Source: Gemmatimonadaceae bacterium
GTDB lineage: Bacteria > Gemmatimonadota > Gemmatimonadetes > Gemmatimonadales > Gemmatimonadaceae
DNA: 64,000 nt
Assembly (NCBI GenBank): GCA_025930755.1
Contig: JAICOJ010000006.1
Location: 7,109-71,108 of the forward strand
Direction: 5' to 3'
Shown here: positions 1 through 9,023 of the stretch, piece after piece
How positions within the stretch are numbered: the stretch's first letter is position 1
How the letters are laid out: each line of letters begins with the position of its first letter
The notes under the pieces: model-generated
What the model was told of the DNA's origin: nothing
Seen by the model: only the letters and a program-made list of their open reading frames with translations
Database searches by the model: none
Translations under genes and position numbers: made by a program

Positions 1-785
1 GGCGCCGGTTGCTCGGCCTGCTCGCCTGCATGACAGGAGTGCACGCGTGCACGGAGGTCGGCACGGATCCTGACGTGCCGGTCGCCCTGGAGATCGATGC
101 ACCGATGCTTCCGGCGATCGCCGAGGGCGACAGCTTACGCGACACGCTGGGGGCCATCGCGACGATTACGGCGCGCGCGTTGAATTCGCGGAACGAAGTC
201 ATCCCAAGCGCACCGATCAGGTTCTACGCCCTCCGCAACGACTCGGCGATCATCGCCGTCGACAGCCTCACCGGACGCGTCGCCGGGCTTCGCGCAGGCG
301 ATGCCGATGTCGTCGCGCAGGTCGCGGGGCTTCAGTCGGTGCGGTTGCCGGTGCGGGTGACGTCCAGTCCCGACACGGTCTACGCCTTCTCGCCACTCGT
401 CGATACCGTGCGCTATGCCATCGCTGATGACACGGCGCGGCCGTTGCGCGTGGAGGTGGCACGGCGGGATACGACGGCCGACGGGCAGGACACCCTTCGG
501 CTGGTTCCCTTCTGGCGTGTGCGCTACACCATCATCGATCCCCCCGATCTGGCGACGAACACCGACACGACGCGGGTGTACATCGCCAACGATGCGAATC
601 GTTTGTCACGGGTCGACACCACCGACGCGGTCATTGGCGCGAGCCGGCGAATCCGATTTCCCCTTGCGGCCGTCAGTGACACGACGCGTCGGGCGTTCGT
701 CACCGAGGTCGTGGTGATGCGCCCGGATGGAACCCCCCTTCCCGGCTCACCGATCCTGTTCACCACCGTGATCCGTCCCCGCTGA
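1..785 (+). CDS. Exported (lipo)protein with a bacterial Ig-like (Big_2-type) segment; 5' end is off-window
   Basis: The frame is open from base 3. The first residues, RRLLGLLAC, look like the end of a lipoprotein signal peptide. The segment AIIAVDSLTGRVAGLRAGDADVVAQVAGLQSVRLPVRV fits the Big_2 pattern. Confidence 0.5.
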   Translation, partial: RRLLGLLACMTGVHACTEVGTDPDVPVALEIDAPMLPAIAEGDSLRDTLGAIATITARALNSRNEVIPSAPIRFYALRNDSAIIAVDSLTGRVAGLRAGDADVVAQVAGLQSVRLPVRVTSSPDTVYAFSPLVDTVRYAIADDTARPLRVEVARRDTTADGQDTLRLVPFWRVRYTIIDPPDLATNTDTTRVYIANDANRLSRVDTTDAVIGASRRIRFPLAAVSDTTRRAFVTEVVVMRPDGTPLPGSPILFTTVIRPR

Positions 786-789
786 CCCC

Positions 790-2640
790 ATGGCCACCGC
801 CGTCGACTCCCGCCGCATCGTCAGCGGCGGACCGCCGCCCGCTCCGGGCACCCTCGCCCAGCTCTTCTTCGATGCCGTCGACCGGTACGACAAGTCTGAC
901 GCGCTGCAATCGAAGGTGAATGGAACCTATCGGCCCATTTCCCACCGGGTGCTCGCGACGCGCGTGCAGCACATCGGGCTTGGCCTGCGCGCGCTGGGGA
1001 TCGAGCCCGGCACCCGCATCGGTATCCTTTCGGAGAACCGGCCGGAGTGGGCGATCGCGGATTATGCGTGCCTGACGAGTCGCCTCATCGACGTCCCGGT
1101 GTATCCGACGCTGCCCGCGGAACAGATCGCCTACATCCTCAAGGACGCGGGCGTGGTCGCGCTGTTCGTGTCCACCGACGTACAGGCGGCGAAGGTGGCG
1201 CAAATCCGGTCGGGGCTGCCGGCGTTGCGCCACGTCATCGGATTCGGTGACAAAGTGTGGCCCGGGGTCGACATGACGTTCGCCGATCTGGAAGCAAGGG
1301 GAACGGCATCCACCTCGTCGGTGTCGCCGGAGCAGTACCGCCGTGACGCTCTGACGGCGAAGCCCGACGACCTCGCGACACTGATCTACACGTCCGGCAC
1401 GACGGGCGAGCCCAAAGGCGTCATGCTCACGCACGACAACTTCCACTCCAACGTGGCGGTGTGCGCCGAGCTGCTCCCGTTCCGCAACGACGTTGCACTG
1501 AGCTTCCTGCCGCTTTCGCACGTGTTCGAGCGGATGGGCGACTACCTGATGATGGCGTGTGGCGTATCGATCGCCTACGCCGAATCGATCGATACCGTGC
1601 CGACGAACATGCAGGAGGTTCGCCCGACGGTCATGATGTCGGTGCCACGCCTGTACGAGAAGATGTACGCGCGCGTGCTCGAAAACGCACTCGCCGGCGG
1701 GCAGATCAAGAAGCGGATCTTCTTCTGGGCGCGCAGCGTCGCCGACAGGTGGGCGGATGAGACGCTCGCCGGCCGCACGCCGGGCGGCCTGCTCGCCCTC
1801 GCCTATCGAGTGGCCCAGCGGCTGGTGTTCTCGAAGCTGAAGGCTCGAACGGGCGGACGCATGCGCTACTTCGTGTCGGGTGGTGCGCCGCTGGCGCCCG
1901 AGATCAACAAGTTCTTCTACGCCGCCGGCCTCACGATTCTCGAGGGGTACGGGCTCACCGAGACGTCGCCCGTGATCGCGGTGAACACGCCCAAGGATTT
2001 CCGCATCGGCACGGTGGGCCGGCCGATCCCGGGCGTCGAGGTGACCATTGCCCCGGACGGCGAGATCCTCACCCGCGGACCGCACGTGATGAAGGGGTAC
2101 TACAACAAGCCCGACGCCACTCGTGAGGCGATCGACGCCGACGGGTGGTTCCACACCGGCGACATCGGCGAGCTGCGGGAGGGATTTCTCGCGATCACCG
2201 ATCGCAAGAAGGACATCATCGTGACCGCGGGCGGGAAGAACATCGCGCCCCAGCCGATCGAGAACATGATCAAGACGAACAAGTATGTCTCGCAGGCGGT
2301 GGTGCTGGGCGACAAGCGGCGATTTCCGGTCGTCCTGGTGGTTCCCAACTTCGAGCAGCTCGAGAAGTGGGCGAAGATCAAGAACCTCCTCTGGACCGAC
2401 CGCCGCCAGCTGATCAGGCTCCCGCTGGTTCAGGCGAAAATGGAGAAGGAGGTCTTGCGGAAGCTCTCCGGGCTGGCCTCATTCGAGACGCCGAAGAAGG
2501 TGGGGCTTCTGGAGACCGACTTCTCGATCGAAAGCGGTGAGATGACGCCCTCGCACAAGGTGAAGCGCCGGGTCATCGAGCAGCGCTACGCGGACCGCGT
2601 CGACCGTCTGTACGAGGAGGAAGACGGGACGGCCGCGTGA
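790..2640 (+). CDS. Long-chain fatty-acid--CoA ligase (AMP-dependent synthetase/ligase)
   Basis: AMP-binding motifs are present: LIYTSGTTGEPKGVMLTH, GYGLTETSP, TGDIGEL..DRKKDII and GKNIAPQ. Length is 616 aa. Confidence 0.9.
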   Translation: MATAVDSRRIVSGGPPPAPGTLAQLFFDAVDRYDKSDALQSKVNGTYRPISHRVLATRVQHIGLGLRALGIEPGTRIGILSENRPEWAIADYACLTSRLIDVPVYPTLPAEQIAYILKDAGVVALFVSTDVQAAKVAQIRSGLPALRHVIGFGDKVWPGVDMTFADLEARGTASTSSVSPEQYRRDALTAKPDDLATLIYTSGTTGEPKGVMLTHDNFHSNVAVCAELLPFRNDVALSFLPLSHVFERMGDYLMMACGVSIAYAESIDTVPTNMQEVRPTVMMSVPRLYEKMYARVLENALAGGQIKKRIFFWARSVADRWADETLAGRTPGGLLALAYRVAQRLVFSKLKARTGGRMRYFVSGGAPLAPEINKFFYAAGLTILEGYGLTETSPVIAVNTPKDFRIGTVGRPIPGVEVTIAPDGEILTRGPHVMKGYYNKPDATREAIDADGWFHTGDIGELREGFLAITDRKKDIIVTAGGKNIAPQPIENMIKTNKYVSQAVVLGDKRRFPVVLVVPNFEQLEKWAKIKNLLWTDRRQLIRLPLVQAKMEKEVLRKLSGLASFETPKKVGLLETDFSIESGEMTPSHKVKRRVIEQRYADRVDRLYEEEDGTAA

Positions 2641-2728
2641 GTTAAACAGCTCGGGAAACGGGGGGCGACCCGCGGCATGGTTGGTGCACTTCCGGACGAG
2701 GAAGACGGACCATAACCGGAGCTAGATC

Positions 2729-3244
2729 ATGCGCAGGACTGTGTTGGCACTGGTGCTGTTCGCGGCGCTTCCCGCGTGCAGCCTGTTTCGTAAGGCGAAG
2801 CTGACCGATTCGACGCCGGCGCACACCCCCGCTCAGAGCTCCACTCCATTCGGCGAGTGGGTCCTGTTCACCGATCCTAACCAGACCGCGTTCGTCGGGG
2901 CCCGGCGGGTCGAGCTGACGCTCAACCCGGCGGACTTCAGGATGGTCGCGATCTATCCCGCGGGCGAGCGGGTGGTCATCACGGGTCAGGCGTCGATCAC
3001 GCCCAGCGGGTTGCTGACGTTGATGCCGCAGAGTACGACCGGGATGGCTTCGGGCGGGCGGGCCCCGATTCTCGCCGGCCAGACCATTCAGGTGCTGGCG
3101 AGCGCGGCGGACAACACCATGGTGTTCGCCTCCCCCGAGGGGATGAACCCCACCCCGAGCTCGGTGTGGCACCGCGTCGACAAGGCGCGCGAAGCGGGCC
3201 AGCTGCCGGTTCCGGCGCGGACAGCGGGGACCGACTCGCTCTAA
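2729..3244 (+). CDS. Hypothetical lipoprotein
   Basis: There is a signal peptide with lipobox LFAALPAC-S. GC3 is coding-like. I recognise no family. Confidence 0.55.
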   Translation: MRRTVLALVLFAALPACSLFRKAKLTDSTPAHTPAQSSTPFGEWVLFTDPNQTAFVGARRVELTLNPADFRMVAIYPAGERVVITGQASITPSGLLTLMPQSTTGMASGGRAPILAGQTIQVLASAADNTMVFASPEGMNPTPSSVWHRVDKAREAGQLPVPARTAGTDSL

Positions 3245-3311
3245 AGGCCGAGGGTGCCGAGGTGATCGAGGAGTGGCAACGTTCCCTCGATCACCTCGAC
3301 GACCTCAGCCT
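3245..3311. repeat. Long imperfect hairpin (ATCGAGG-type family) between convergent genes; probable bidirectional terminator
   Basis: The inner stem is 14 perfect bp (3258-3271 pairs with 3285-3298, cgaggtgatcgagg/cctcgatcacctcg), and an outer imperfect stem extends to 3245/3311. The arms are made of repeated CGAGG units. The hairpin starts 1 nt after the TAA at 3242-3244 and covers the stop (3305-3307) of the minus-strand gene. Confidence 0.7.
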
Positions 3312-3949
3312 CTCCGTAACGGGACCGCTTCGGTCGTCTCCAGGCGTTTCGTCGCCACCCAGTCGCGGCCATCGCGGGCGAGCTCCTCGAGATCGGCGGG
3401 CAACGTGGCCCCAACCGGGGCGACGAGACGACCGTACTGCCGGAGGGCCCGGGCGGCCGCCCCCACGTGTGGCGAATGCCGCTCGTCGAGCGCGATCGCG
3501 CGTGCCGCACCCGGCCGAATCGGAATGGCGCCATCCGTGCGGGCCAGTGAAATGCCATTCCCACTGGTCAACGCCACCGTCGTGTTGAGAACGAGAATCT
3601 CGACCCCCTCCACGACGCCGAGCAGCGCGGGAGCGGCGTGCCCCCACTCGCCGGCCAGGACGATGAACCCGCCGGGGCTCGTTAGGTCGAACAGGGCGGC
3701 GACGCGCATCGCGAGTTCGGCGTCCCCGGTTGCCGACGCCAGCGGCGTGGAATCGGGAATCGGCGTCGTGCCATCCCGCGTCTGGAAATCGACCACGCCG
3801 TCGCGAATGGGATAGCGCGCGCTGCACGACGGGCATCCGAGGAGTCCGCGCCGAATGTCGCGGCCCGCCATCTCGAGCGTCGAGGCGACGAGCCAGGTGA
3901 ACTCGTGCGGCCGCGGACAGCGCAGCGACTCAACCAGCTCGATGAACAT
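3305..3949 (-). CDS. Hypothetical protein with an N-terminal Trm112-like zinc-ribbon segment
   Basis: The N-terminus LRCPRPHE...LGCPSCSARYPIRDGVVDF resembles the Trm112p-like CxxC...YPI.DGI fold. The C-terminal part is not recognised. Confidence 0.5.
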   Translation of the reverse strand: MFIELVESLRCPRPHEFTWLVASTLEMAGRDIRRGLLGCPSCSARYPIRDGVVDFQTRDGTTPIPDSTPLASATGDAELAMRVAALFDLTSPGGFIVLAGEWGHAAPALLGVVEGVEILVLNTTVALTSGNGISLARTDGAIPIRPGAARAIALDERHSPHVGAAARALRQYGRLVAPVGATLPADLEELARDGRDWVATKRLETTEAVPLRRG

Positions 3950-3988
3950 GACTCCTCGTGAGGCAGGCCAGGGTCGCGTTCGCCACGA

Positions 3989-4708
3989 TCACCGCAGGGG
4001 CGTCGAGCTGCCGTGCGCGAGCTGCAGGAATTCGTCGCGCGTGCGCGCATCCGAGCGAAACGAGCCACGCAGCGCGCTGGTGATCGTCTTCGAGTTCTGC
4101 TTCTCGACGCCGCGCATCATCATGCAGAGATGGTACGCCTCGATCACGACGCCGACGCCGCGCGGCGCGAGCACGTCCTGAATCGCCTGCGCGATCTGCT
4201 CGGTGAGCCGCTCCTGCACCTGGAGGCGGCGCGCGAACACTTCGACGATTCTCGGCAGCTTCGACAGGCCGACGATGTGGCCGTCGGGAATGTACGCGAT
4301 GTGCGCCTTTCCGAAAAAGGGGAGCAGGTGATGCTCGCACATCGAGTACAGCTCGATGTCGCGCACCATGACCATACTCTCGTGCGCTTCCGCGAAGACG
4401 GCGTCGCCGACGACCTCGTCCACCTCGAGCGCGTATCCTCGCGTGAGCCAGGCGAGCGCATTGGCCACGCGTGTCGGAGTACGGAGCAGGCCTTCCCGCG
4501 CCGGATCTTCCCCGATGAGCTCGAGGATGCGGCGCACGAGCGCCTCGAATTCCGCGTTGTGCTCCGGGCCGGGATCGAGATCCAGACCGGCATCGAACTC
4601 GGCGAGCTCGAGCGAGCGCGTGTCGACGCGCCGGTCGCCGGTCACCGCGGGAGTGGGCTTCGCGCGTCGCGCGGTCGCGCGCGCGCGCGAGTTTCGTCGG
4701 TGGGTCAC
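3989..4708 (-). CDS. folE: GTP cyclohydrolase I
   Basis: FolE signature sequences are present: [51 protein letters not shown] and HLCMMMRGV. The track ORF runs to 4813. I place the start at the GTG at 4708, but this is uncertain. Confidence 0.85.
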   Translation of the reverse strand: MTHRRNSRARATARRAKPTPAVTGDRRVDTRSLELAEFDAGLDLDPGPEHNAEFEALVRRILELIGEDPAREGLLRTPTRVANALAWLTRGYALEVDEVVGDAVFAEAHESMVMVRDIELYSMCEHHLLPFFGKAHIAYIPDGHIVGLSKLPRIVEVFARRLQVQERLTEQIAQAIQDVLAPRGVGVVIEAYHLCMMMRGVEKQNSKTITSALRGSFRSDARTRDEFLQLAHGSSTPLR

Positions 4709-4853
4709 GAAAAGTTCGGCGTGGCGTGTGTTTCGCAAAGGCGTGGCGCTCGATGACGCACGCACGAGGCATCCAGCTTGAGTCGACGGCGGTGCGCCTC
4801 TAACTTGACGCACGTTTCACCGCCGGCATCACCCCTATCTGGATGGCGCACAT

Positions 4854-6083
4854 TTGAAAGTCAAGCTTCTGCTCGCGGCCATCCTGCAGGGCGGATCAGC
4901 CGCGTGGTCCGCGCTGTGGACCTTCCCGAGCATCCTGTTCAGCGCGTTCATGATCGCGTGGGGAGCAGAGGCGGCGCAGTTCATGATTTCGCAGGGGTTG
5001 GCGCTGGCGATTCTCGCATGGTTGCAGACCCTCCCCGAGTTCGCGGTCGAAGCGGTCATCGCATGGGAAGCCGGCAGCGACCCCCTGCAGTGTTTCGTCG
5101 CCGCTCCGCCACCGGGTTGTCATTCCCACCTCGCCATCGCGAACTACACCGGCGCCATCCGTCTGCTGATTGGCCTCGGCTGGCCGATGATCTATTTCGT
5201 CGCCGCGTTCTACCGTCGCAAACAGGGCCGCGCACTCCGCGCGATCCAGCTGGAGGACGAGCACTCGGTCGAAGTGCTCGCCACCGTTCCACCGGTGCTC
5301 TACTTCTTCTGGGTGTGGTACAAGGGCTCACTCGGGCTCGTCGACGCCGGGGTGCTGATCGCCATGTACGTCGGCTATCTCGCCATTCTCTGGCGCTTCC
5401 CACCCCAGGAGCAGGAGAACCTGTCCGATGCGCCGGCACCGGCGCGGTGGGCGTACACGCGCCCGGGGGCCTGGCGGCATGCGGCGATCATCGGCTTCTT
5501 CGCCGTGGGCGGCTTGCTGCTCTACTTCACCGCCCATCCCTTTCTGGACTCCATGCTCGCGCTGGCCCTCTCGATGGGCATCAGCCAGTTCGTGTTCGTG
5601 CAGTGGGTCGCACCATTTCTGAGCGAGTTTCCCGAGAAAGTCTCGGCGTTCGCGTGGGCGCGGCGGGTGACGCACGCGCCGATGGGGCTCATGAACATGC
5701 TGTCGAGCAACGTCAACCAGTGGACGGTGCTCGCGGCGATGATTCCGATCGTGTTCTCCTTTGCGCGGGGCGAGCCGGCCGCGCTGCCGTTCGATGGCGA
5801 GCAGCGGATGGAGATCCTGCTGACCATCATGCAGAGCGTCGTCGCCGTGCTCCTGTTGGCAAACATGCGCTTCGAGTGGTGGAACGCGACGCTGCTGTTC
5901 GTGCTCTGGCTCGTGCAGTTTTTGCGCGCGACGTGGCGGGAGGAGATTACGATTGTCTATGCCGCCTGGGCGGTAGGACTCTTGATCTGGTTCGTGATGC
6001 GACCGCCAGCCGCGCCGAGGGTCTTCTTCCAGATGATGCGACGCCCGCCGCCGACGAAGGCCGCGGAGCCCGCCGTACCATAA
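4854..6083 (+). CDS. Polytopic membrane protein, Na+/Ca2+ exchanger (CaCA)-like
   Basis: The protein has many hydrophobic helices. Two alpha-repeat-like motifs, LQTLPEFAVE and FLSEFPEKV, resemble the GxSxPE motifs of CaCA transporters. Confidence 0.55.
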   Translation: MKVKLLLAAILQGGSAAWSALWTFPSILFSAFMIAWGAEAAQFMISQGLALAILAWLQTLPEFAVEAVIAWEAGSDPLQCFVAAPPPGCHSHLAIANYTGAIRLLIGLGWPMIYFVAAFYRRKQGRALRAIQLEDEHSVEVLATVPPVLYFFWVWYKGSLGLVDAGVLIAMYVGYLAILWRFPPQEQENLSDAPAPARWAYTRPGAWRHAAIIGFFAVGGLLLYFTAHPFLDSMLALALSMGISQFVFVQWVAPFLSEFPEKVSAFAWARRVTHAPMGLMNMLSSNVNQWTVLAAMIPIVFSFARGEPAALPFDGEQRMEILLTIMQSVVAVLLLANMRFEWWNATLLFVLWLVQFLRATWREEITIVYAAWAVGLLIWFVMRPPAAPRVFFQMMRRPPPTKAAEPAVP

Positions 6084-6087
6084 CGCA

Positions 6088-6113
6088 CGAGCCCCGCCTT
6101 TCGGCGGGGCTCG
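6088..6113 (+). terminator. GC-rich stem-loop after the membrane-protein gene
   Basis: cgagccccgcc-tttc-ggcggggctcg forms an 11-bp perfect stem with a 4-nt loop, beginning 5 nt after the TAA at 6081-6083. There is no clear U tract. Confidence 0.5.
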
Positions 6114-6364
6114 CATAGTGGGGAACGAAGAGGATTTTTGAAGCCCATCCGAATGTATGAGGCCCTCACCACACTTCCGCCTTCCCCGCACTGGGGCATG
6201 ACGTCCGCATGGATATCGAACCCACCCGAGTGGACTTGTTGGCTCAAAAATTAGAGCTCTCCGTCCCTTTCGAAACCATCGACGCCGCACCACGCGTTGT
6301 CGCAACAGCACGGTACCGATAGTCACTTGCCAATCTAGAGACGACTCAGAGGCCAGTCAATCAC

Positions 6365-6541
6365 ATGGACGTCTGGATAATCGCCGCCATCGCGATGCTC
6401 GTCGTTTGGGGCGTCGGAACGTTCGCGTTCACGGGACCGGGCTGGATTCACCTGCTGCTCACGGTTGGACTGTCGGTGCTCATCTGGCGCATCGTCGTTC
6501 GCGGGACGCCTGACGAGTCGACGCGCCGCGATCGCCGGTGA
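6365..6541 (+). CDS. Small membrane protein, lmo0937/DUF5670-like (58 aa, below the track cutoff)
   Basis: My hand translation is MDVWIIAAIAMLVVWGVGTFAFTGPGWIHLLLTVGLSVLIWRIVVRGTPDESTRRDRR. It has two TM helices and the GxxIHLLL motif typical of that family. The stop TGA at 6539-6541 overlaps the GTG at 6538 of the next gene. Confidence 0.6.
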   Translation: MDVWIIAAIAMLVVWGVGTFAFTGPGWIHLLLTVGLSVLIWRIVVRGTPDESTRRDRR

Positions 6542-7554
6542 TCGAGCCCGCGGGCGCCGCCTCTCGGCCCGGCACCGCGGTCGCGGAGCAGCCGCAGCCC
6601 CAGCGGCGCCTGCACGGTCAATTCGTGCTCGTGACCGGCGCGGCGGGGTTCGTCGGAGCGCATGTCTGTCGGCACCTGACCGAACGCGGGGCGCGAGTGC
6701 GCGGCCTCGTCCGATCACCGGCGAAGGCAGCGGAACGACTCGCGCCGATGCCGGTGGAGCTTCACGTCGGCGATGTGCGCGATGCGATGGTGATGCAGCG
6801 CGCCCTGCAGGGATGCGATGCGGTCGTCCACCTCGCCGCCATCGCCATCGAGCGGCAGGGGCAAACGTACGAGGATGTCAACGCACGCGGCGCCGAGTGC
6901 GTGCTCGGCGCGATGCAGGCCACGGGCGTTCGACGACTCATCCACATGTCGCAGAACGGCGCGTCGAGCTCGTTGCCGTATCGCTTCCTCCGCAGCAAGG
7001 GACTCGCCGAGGACGCGGTGCGCGCGAGCGGAGCTGATTGGACGACCCTCCGCCCGTCGGTGATCTTCGGGCCCGACGATGAGTTCGTGAACGTGCTCGC
7101 CCGGCTCGTGCGTCTCTCGCCCCTGATCTATCCCCTGCCCGGAGGCGGCACTGCACGCTTCCAGCCGGTCGCGGTCGACGACGTTGCGCACGTCGTCGCC
7201 GCCGCGCTCGCGGAGAGCGACACCATTCGCCACGCCTACGCGCTCGGCGGTCCCGCGCAACTCACGCTTCGGCAGATGGTCGAACGCGTGCTCGTCGCGA
7301 TGGACGCCAAGCGTTTTCTGATTCCAGTGCCGATCGCCGTGCTCAGGCCGCTGATTGCTCTGGCGCAGCGCATTCTGCCGAACCCGCCAGTCACGACCGA
7401 GTTGCTCGATCTGCTCAAGGTCGACAATGTCGTGGAGGGCAATGCCCTCCGCGACGTGTTCGGGATCGTGCCCACGCCGTTCGCGCCCGAGGAACTGGTG
7501 TACCTCGAGGGAATCACTGCGCGGGCGGCGCTGCGGTCGCTTCTGGGCCGCTAG
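6538..7554 (+). CDS. NAD(P)-dependent epimerase/dehydratase-type (atypical SDR) protein
   Basis: The Rossmann motif VLVTGAAGFVGAHVCRHL is present. The overall layout resembles NmrA or complex-I NDUFA9-like SDRs. Confidence 0.8.
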   Translation: MIEPAGAASRPGTAVAEQPQPQRRLHGQFVLVTGAAGFVGAHVCRHLTERGARVRGLVRSPAKAAERLAPMPVELHVGDVRDAMVMQRALQGCDAVVHLAAIAIERQGQTYEDVNARGAECVLGAMQATGVRRLIHMSQNGASSSLPYRFLRSKGLAEDAVRASGADWTTLRPSVIFGPDDEFVNVLARLVRLSPLIYPLPGGGTARFQPVAVDDVAHVVAAALAESDTIRHAYALGGPAQLTLRQMVERVLVAMDAKRFLIPVPIAVLRPLIALAQRILPNPPVTTELLDLLKVDNVVEGNALRDVFGIVPTPFAPEELVYLEGITARAALRSLLGR

Positions 7555-7642
7555 GCGCGGTGCGAGATGTGCCGTGTGGAGACGGAGCGACGCGCGAACG
7601 ATCTGCGATGACGAGGTCGTGCGCTCGCAGCACGGACCACGG

Positions 7643-7990
7643 ATGGCCATGGTGGTTGCCAGCCAGGACGCGAATCTCGACCGGTTGTCGGCGCTCATCG
7701 ACGCGGCGGCCTCTCGCGCGGACGACCGCGTGGCCCTGTTCGATTTCGTCCTCGCGATCGGGGAGCTGTGGGACCGATTGGGGCTGCGCGACCCCTTCGT
7801 CGATGCGCAGCTGAGCGACTCGGACAGCCGCGCCCAGCTCGCGCGGGTCGCGCGCGACGGCGAAGGGGAGCCGGGTCCGGACGTGGAGCGGCTTGCGTTC
7901 TACGCGCTGCGCACACTCGCGGCGTTTCAGACCGTCGTCGAGGGGTGGCGCCGCAGCCCCTCGCTCCGGGCCGCCTGGGTCAGTCGTTAG
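7643..7990 (+). CDS. Hypothetical protein
   Basis: This is the ATG-initiated part of track ORF 7355..7990 with coding-like composition. I recognise no family, and the start is uncertain. Confidence 0.4.
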   Translation: MAMVVASQDANLDRLSALIDAAASRADDRVALFDFVLAIGELWDRLGLRDPFVDAQLSDSDSRAQLARVARDGEGEPGPDVERLAFYALRTLAAFQTVVEGWRRSPSLRAAWVSR

Positions 7991-8538
7991 GTCGCGGCAG
8001 GCGGCGCGTCTTCGTCATACCTCGGGCCGGCGCCGCTGTCCTCGAGCTGGTGCACGTCGGGAGGCTCGTGCGCCTGCCGCTCGCGAAGGGGCGCCGGCTC
8101 ATCGACGACGACCCGCACCTCGATCGCTCCCTCCACTGCGGACCGGGCGTTCGTGTCGTCCCGCAGGCGTTCGACACGCTCGCGGATCGCATCCGCCTGG
8201 TCGGCATCGCGACCCACGAGCAGCAGCCGGTACTGCCCACGCCCCGAGGAGGCGATCAGATCCGATTTCCGAAACTCGTGACACAATCCGAAAGTGAATC
8301 GCCGGCACGAGGCCTCTTCACCCCCCTGAACGAAGATCCGGATCGTCCGCACGCGACCCCCGTGGCGCGCCGCCCTGCGCTCTTCCCAATCGCGGACGAG
8401 ACGGAAGTACAGCACGCTCGGCAGCCCGGTGTTGGGATCCGTCAGCGTGCGCAGGAGCAGGCCGTTCTCGAGCTCGTTGTCGACGGTCATTGGCCTCGGG
8501 GTATCATCGTGCGGCAGCATTTGCATGATGCCTGCCAC
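7987..8538 (-). CDS. Degenerate GGDEF-like domain protein
   Basis: DPNTGLPSVLYF resembles the D.LTGL.NRR start of GGDEF domains. At the position of R.GGDEF the sequence reads SSGRGQYRLLL, so the active-site motif is lost. Confidence 0.45.
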   Translation of the reverse strand: MAGIMQMLPHDDTPRPMTVDNELENGLLLRTLTDPNTGLPSVLYFRLVRDWEERRAARHGGRVRTIRIFVQGGEEASCRRFTFGLCHEFRKSDLIASSGRGQYRLLLVGRDADQADAIRERVERLRDDTNARSAVEGAIEVRVVVDEPAPLRERQAHEPPDVHQLEDSGAGPRYDEDAPPAAT

Positions 8539-8561
8539 ATGGCCTCGCCCGTTAGGTCATC

Positions 8562-9023
8562 GTGTCCGAGGCGATCACTCGAAGAATTTCCGGCACCGGA
8601 ACCATTTGTGATGCGTGTCACACGCAGGCACTAACCCTGCAGAAGGGCCCTTGGCTGTACCCCGAGGAACGGGGTGTGGCGGCACAGGAGACCGCATGCT
8701 GGAGGAAGGCGTTGGCGTACCGTGAATTCGTCGATAACGCGGGAACGATGTGGAGAGTGTGGGACACCTATCCGGTGGCCGCGAATACGCTGCGCACCGT
8801 GTCTCCCAGCTTCGCTGGCGGGTGGCTCACGTTCGAGTCCGACACCGAGCGACGCCGTCTCGCGCCCATCCCCTCAGGCTGGGAGATCGCCACCAGGCAG
8901 CTGATGATCCATTGGTGCGCGCGGGCGTTTCAGGCTCGCCCTCCCGATCACCCTGCCACGGACGCGGCCCGCGGTCAGGGTCAGCTCGGGCCCGGCGCTA
9001 GATCTCCCAGTTCGACCAGATGA
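8562..9023 (+). CDS. Hypothetical protein
   Basis: Composition is coding-like. It has a conserved-looking core, MWRVWDTYP...GGWLTFESDTERRRLAPIPSGWE. The start is uncertain. The 3' end overlaps the convergent GNAT gene. Confidence 0.4.
   Translation: MSEAITRRISGTGTICDACHTQALTLQKGPWLYPEERGVAAQETACWRKALAYREFVDNAGTMWRVWDTYPVAANTLRTVSPSFAGGWLTFESDTERRRLAPIPSGWEIATRQLMIHWCARAFQARPPDHPATDAARGQGQLGPGARSPSSTR

Noticed and set aside
760-2154. 464-aa minus-strand ORF
   Set aside because: It is antisense to the acyl-CoA synthetase gene, which has clear AMP-binding motifs.
6211-6223. tRNA-like T-loop sequence (GGGTTCGATATCC on the minus strand)
   Set aside because: The flanking bases do not form a T-stem, acceptor stem or anticodon arm, so no cloverleaf can be drawn.
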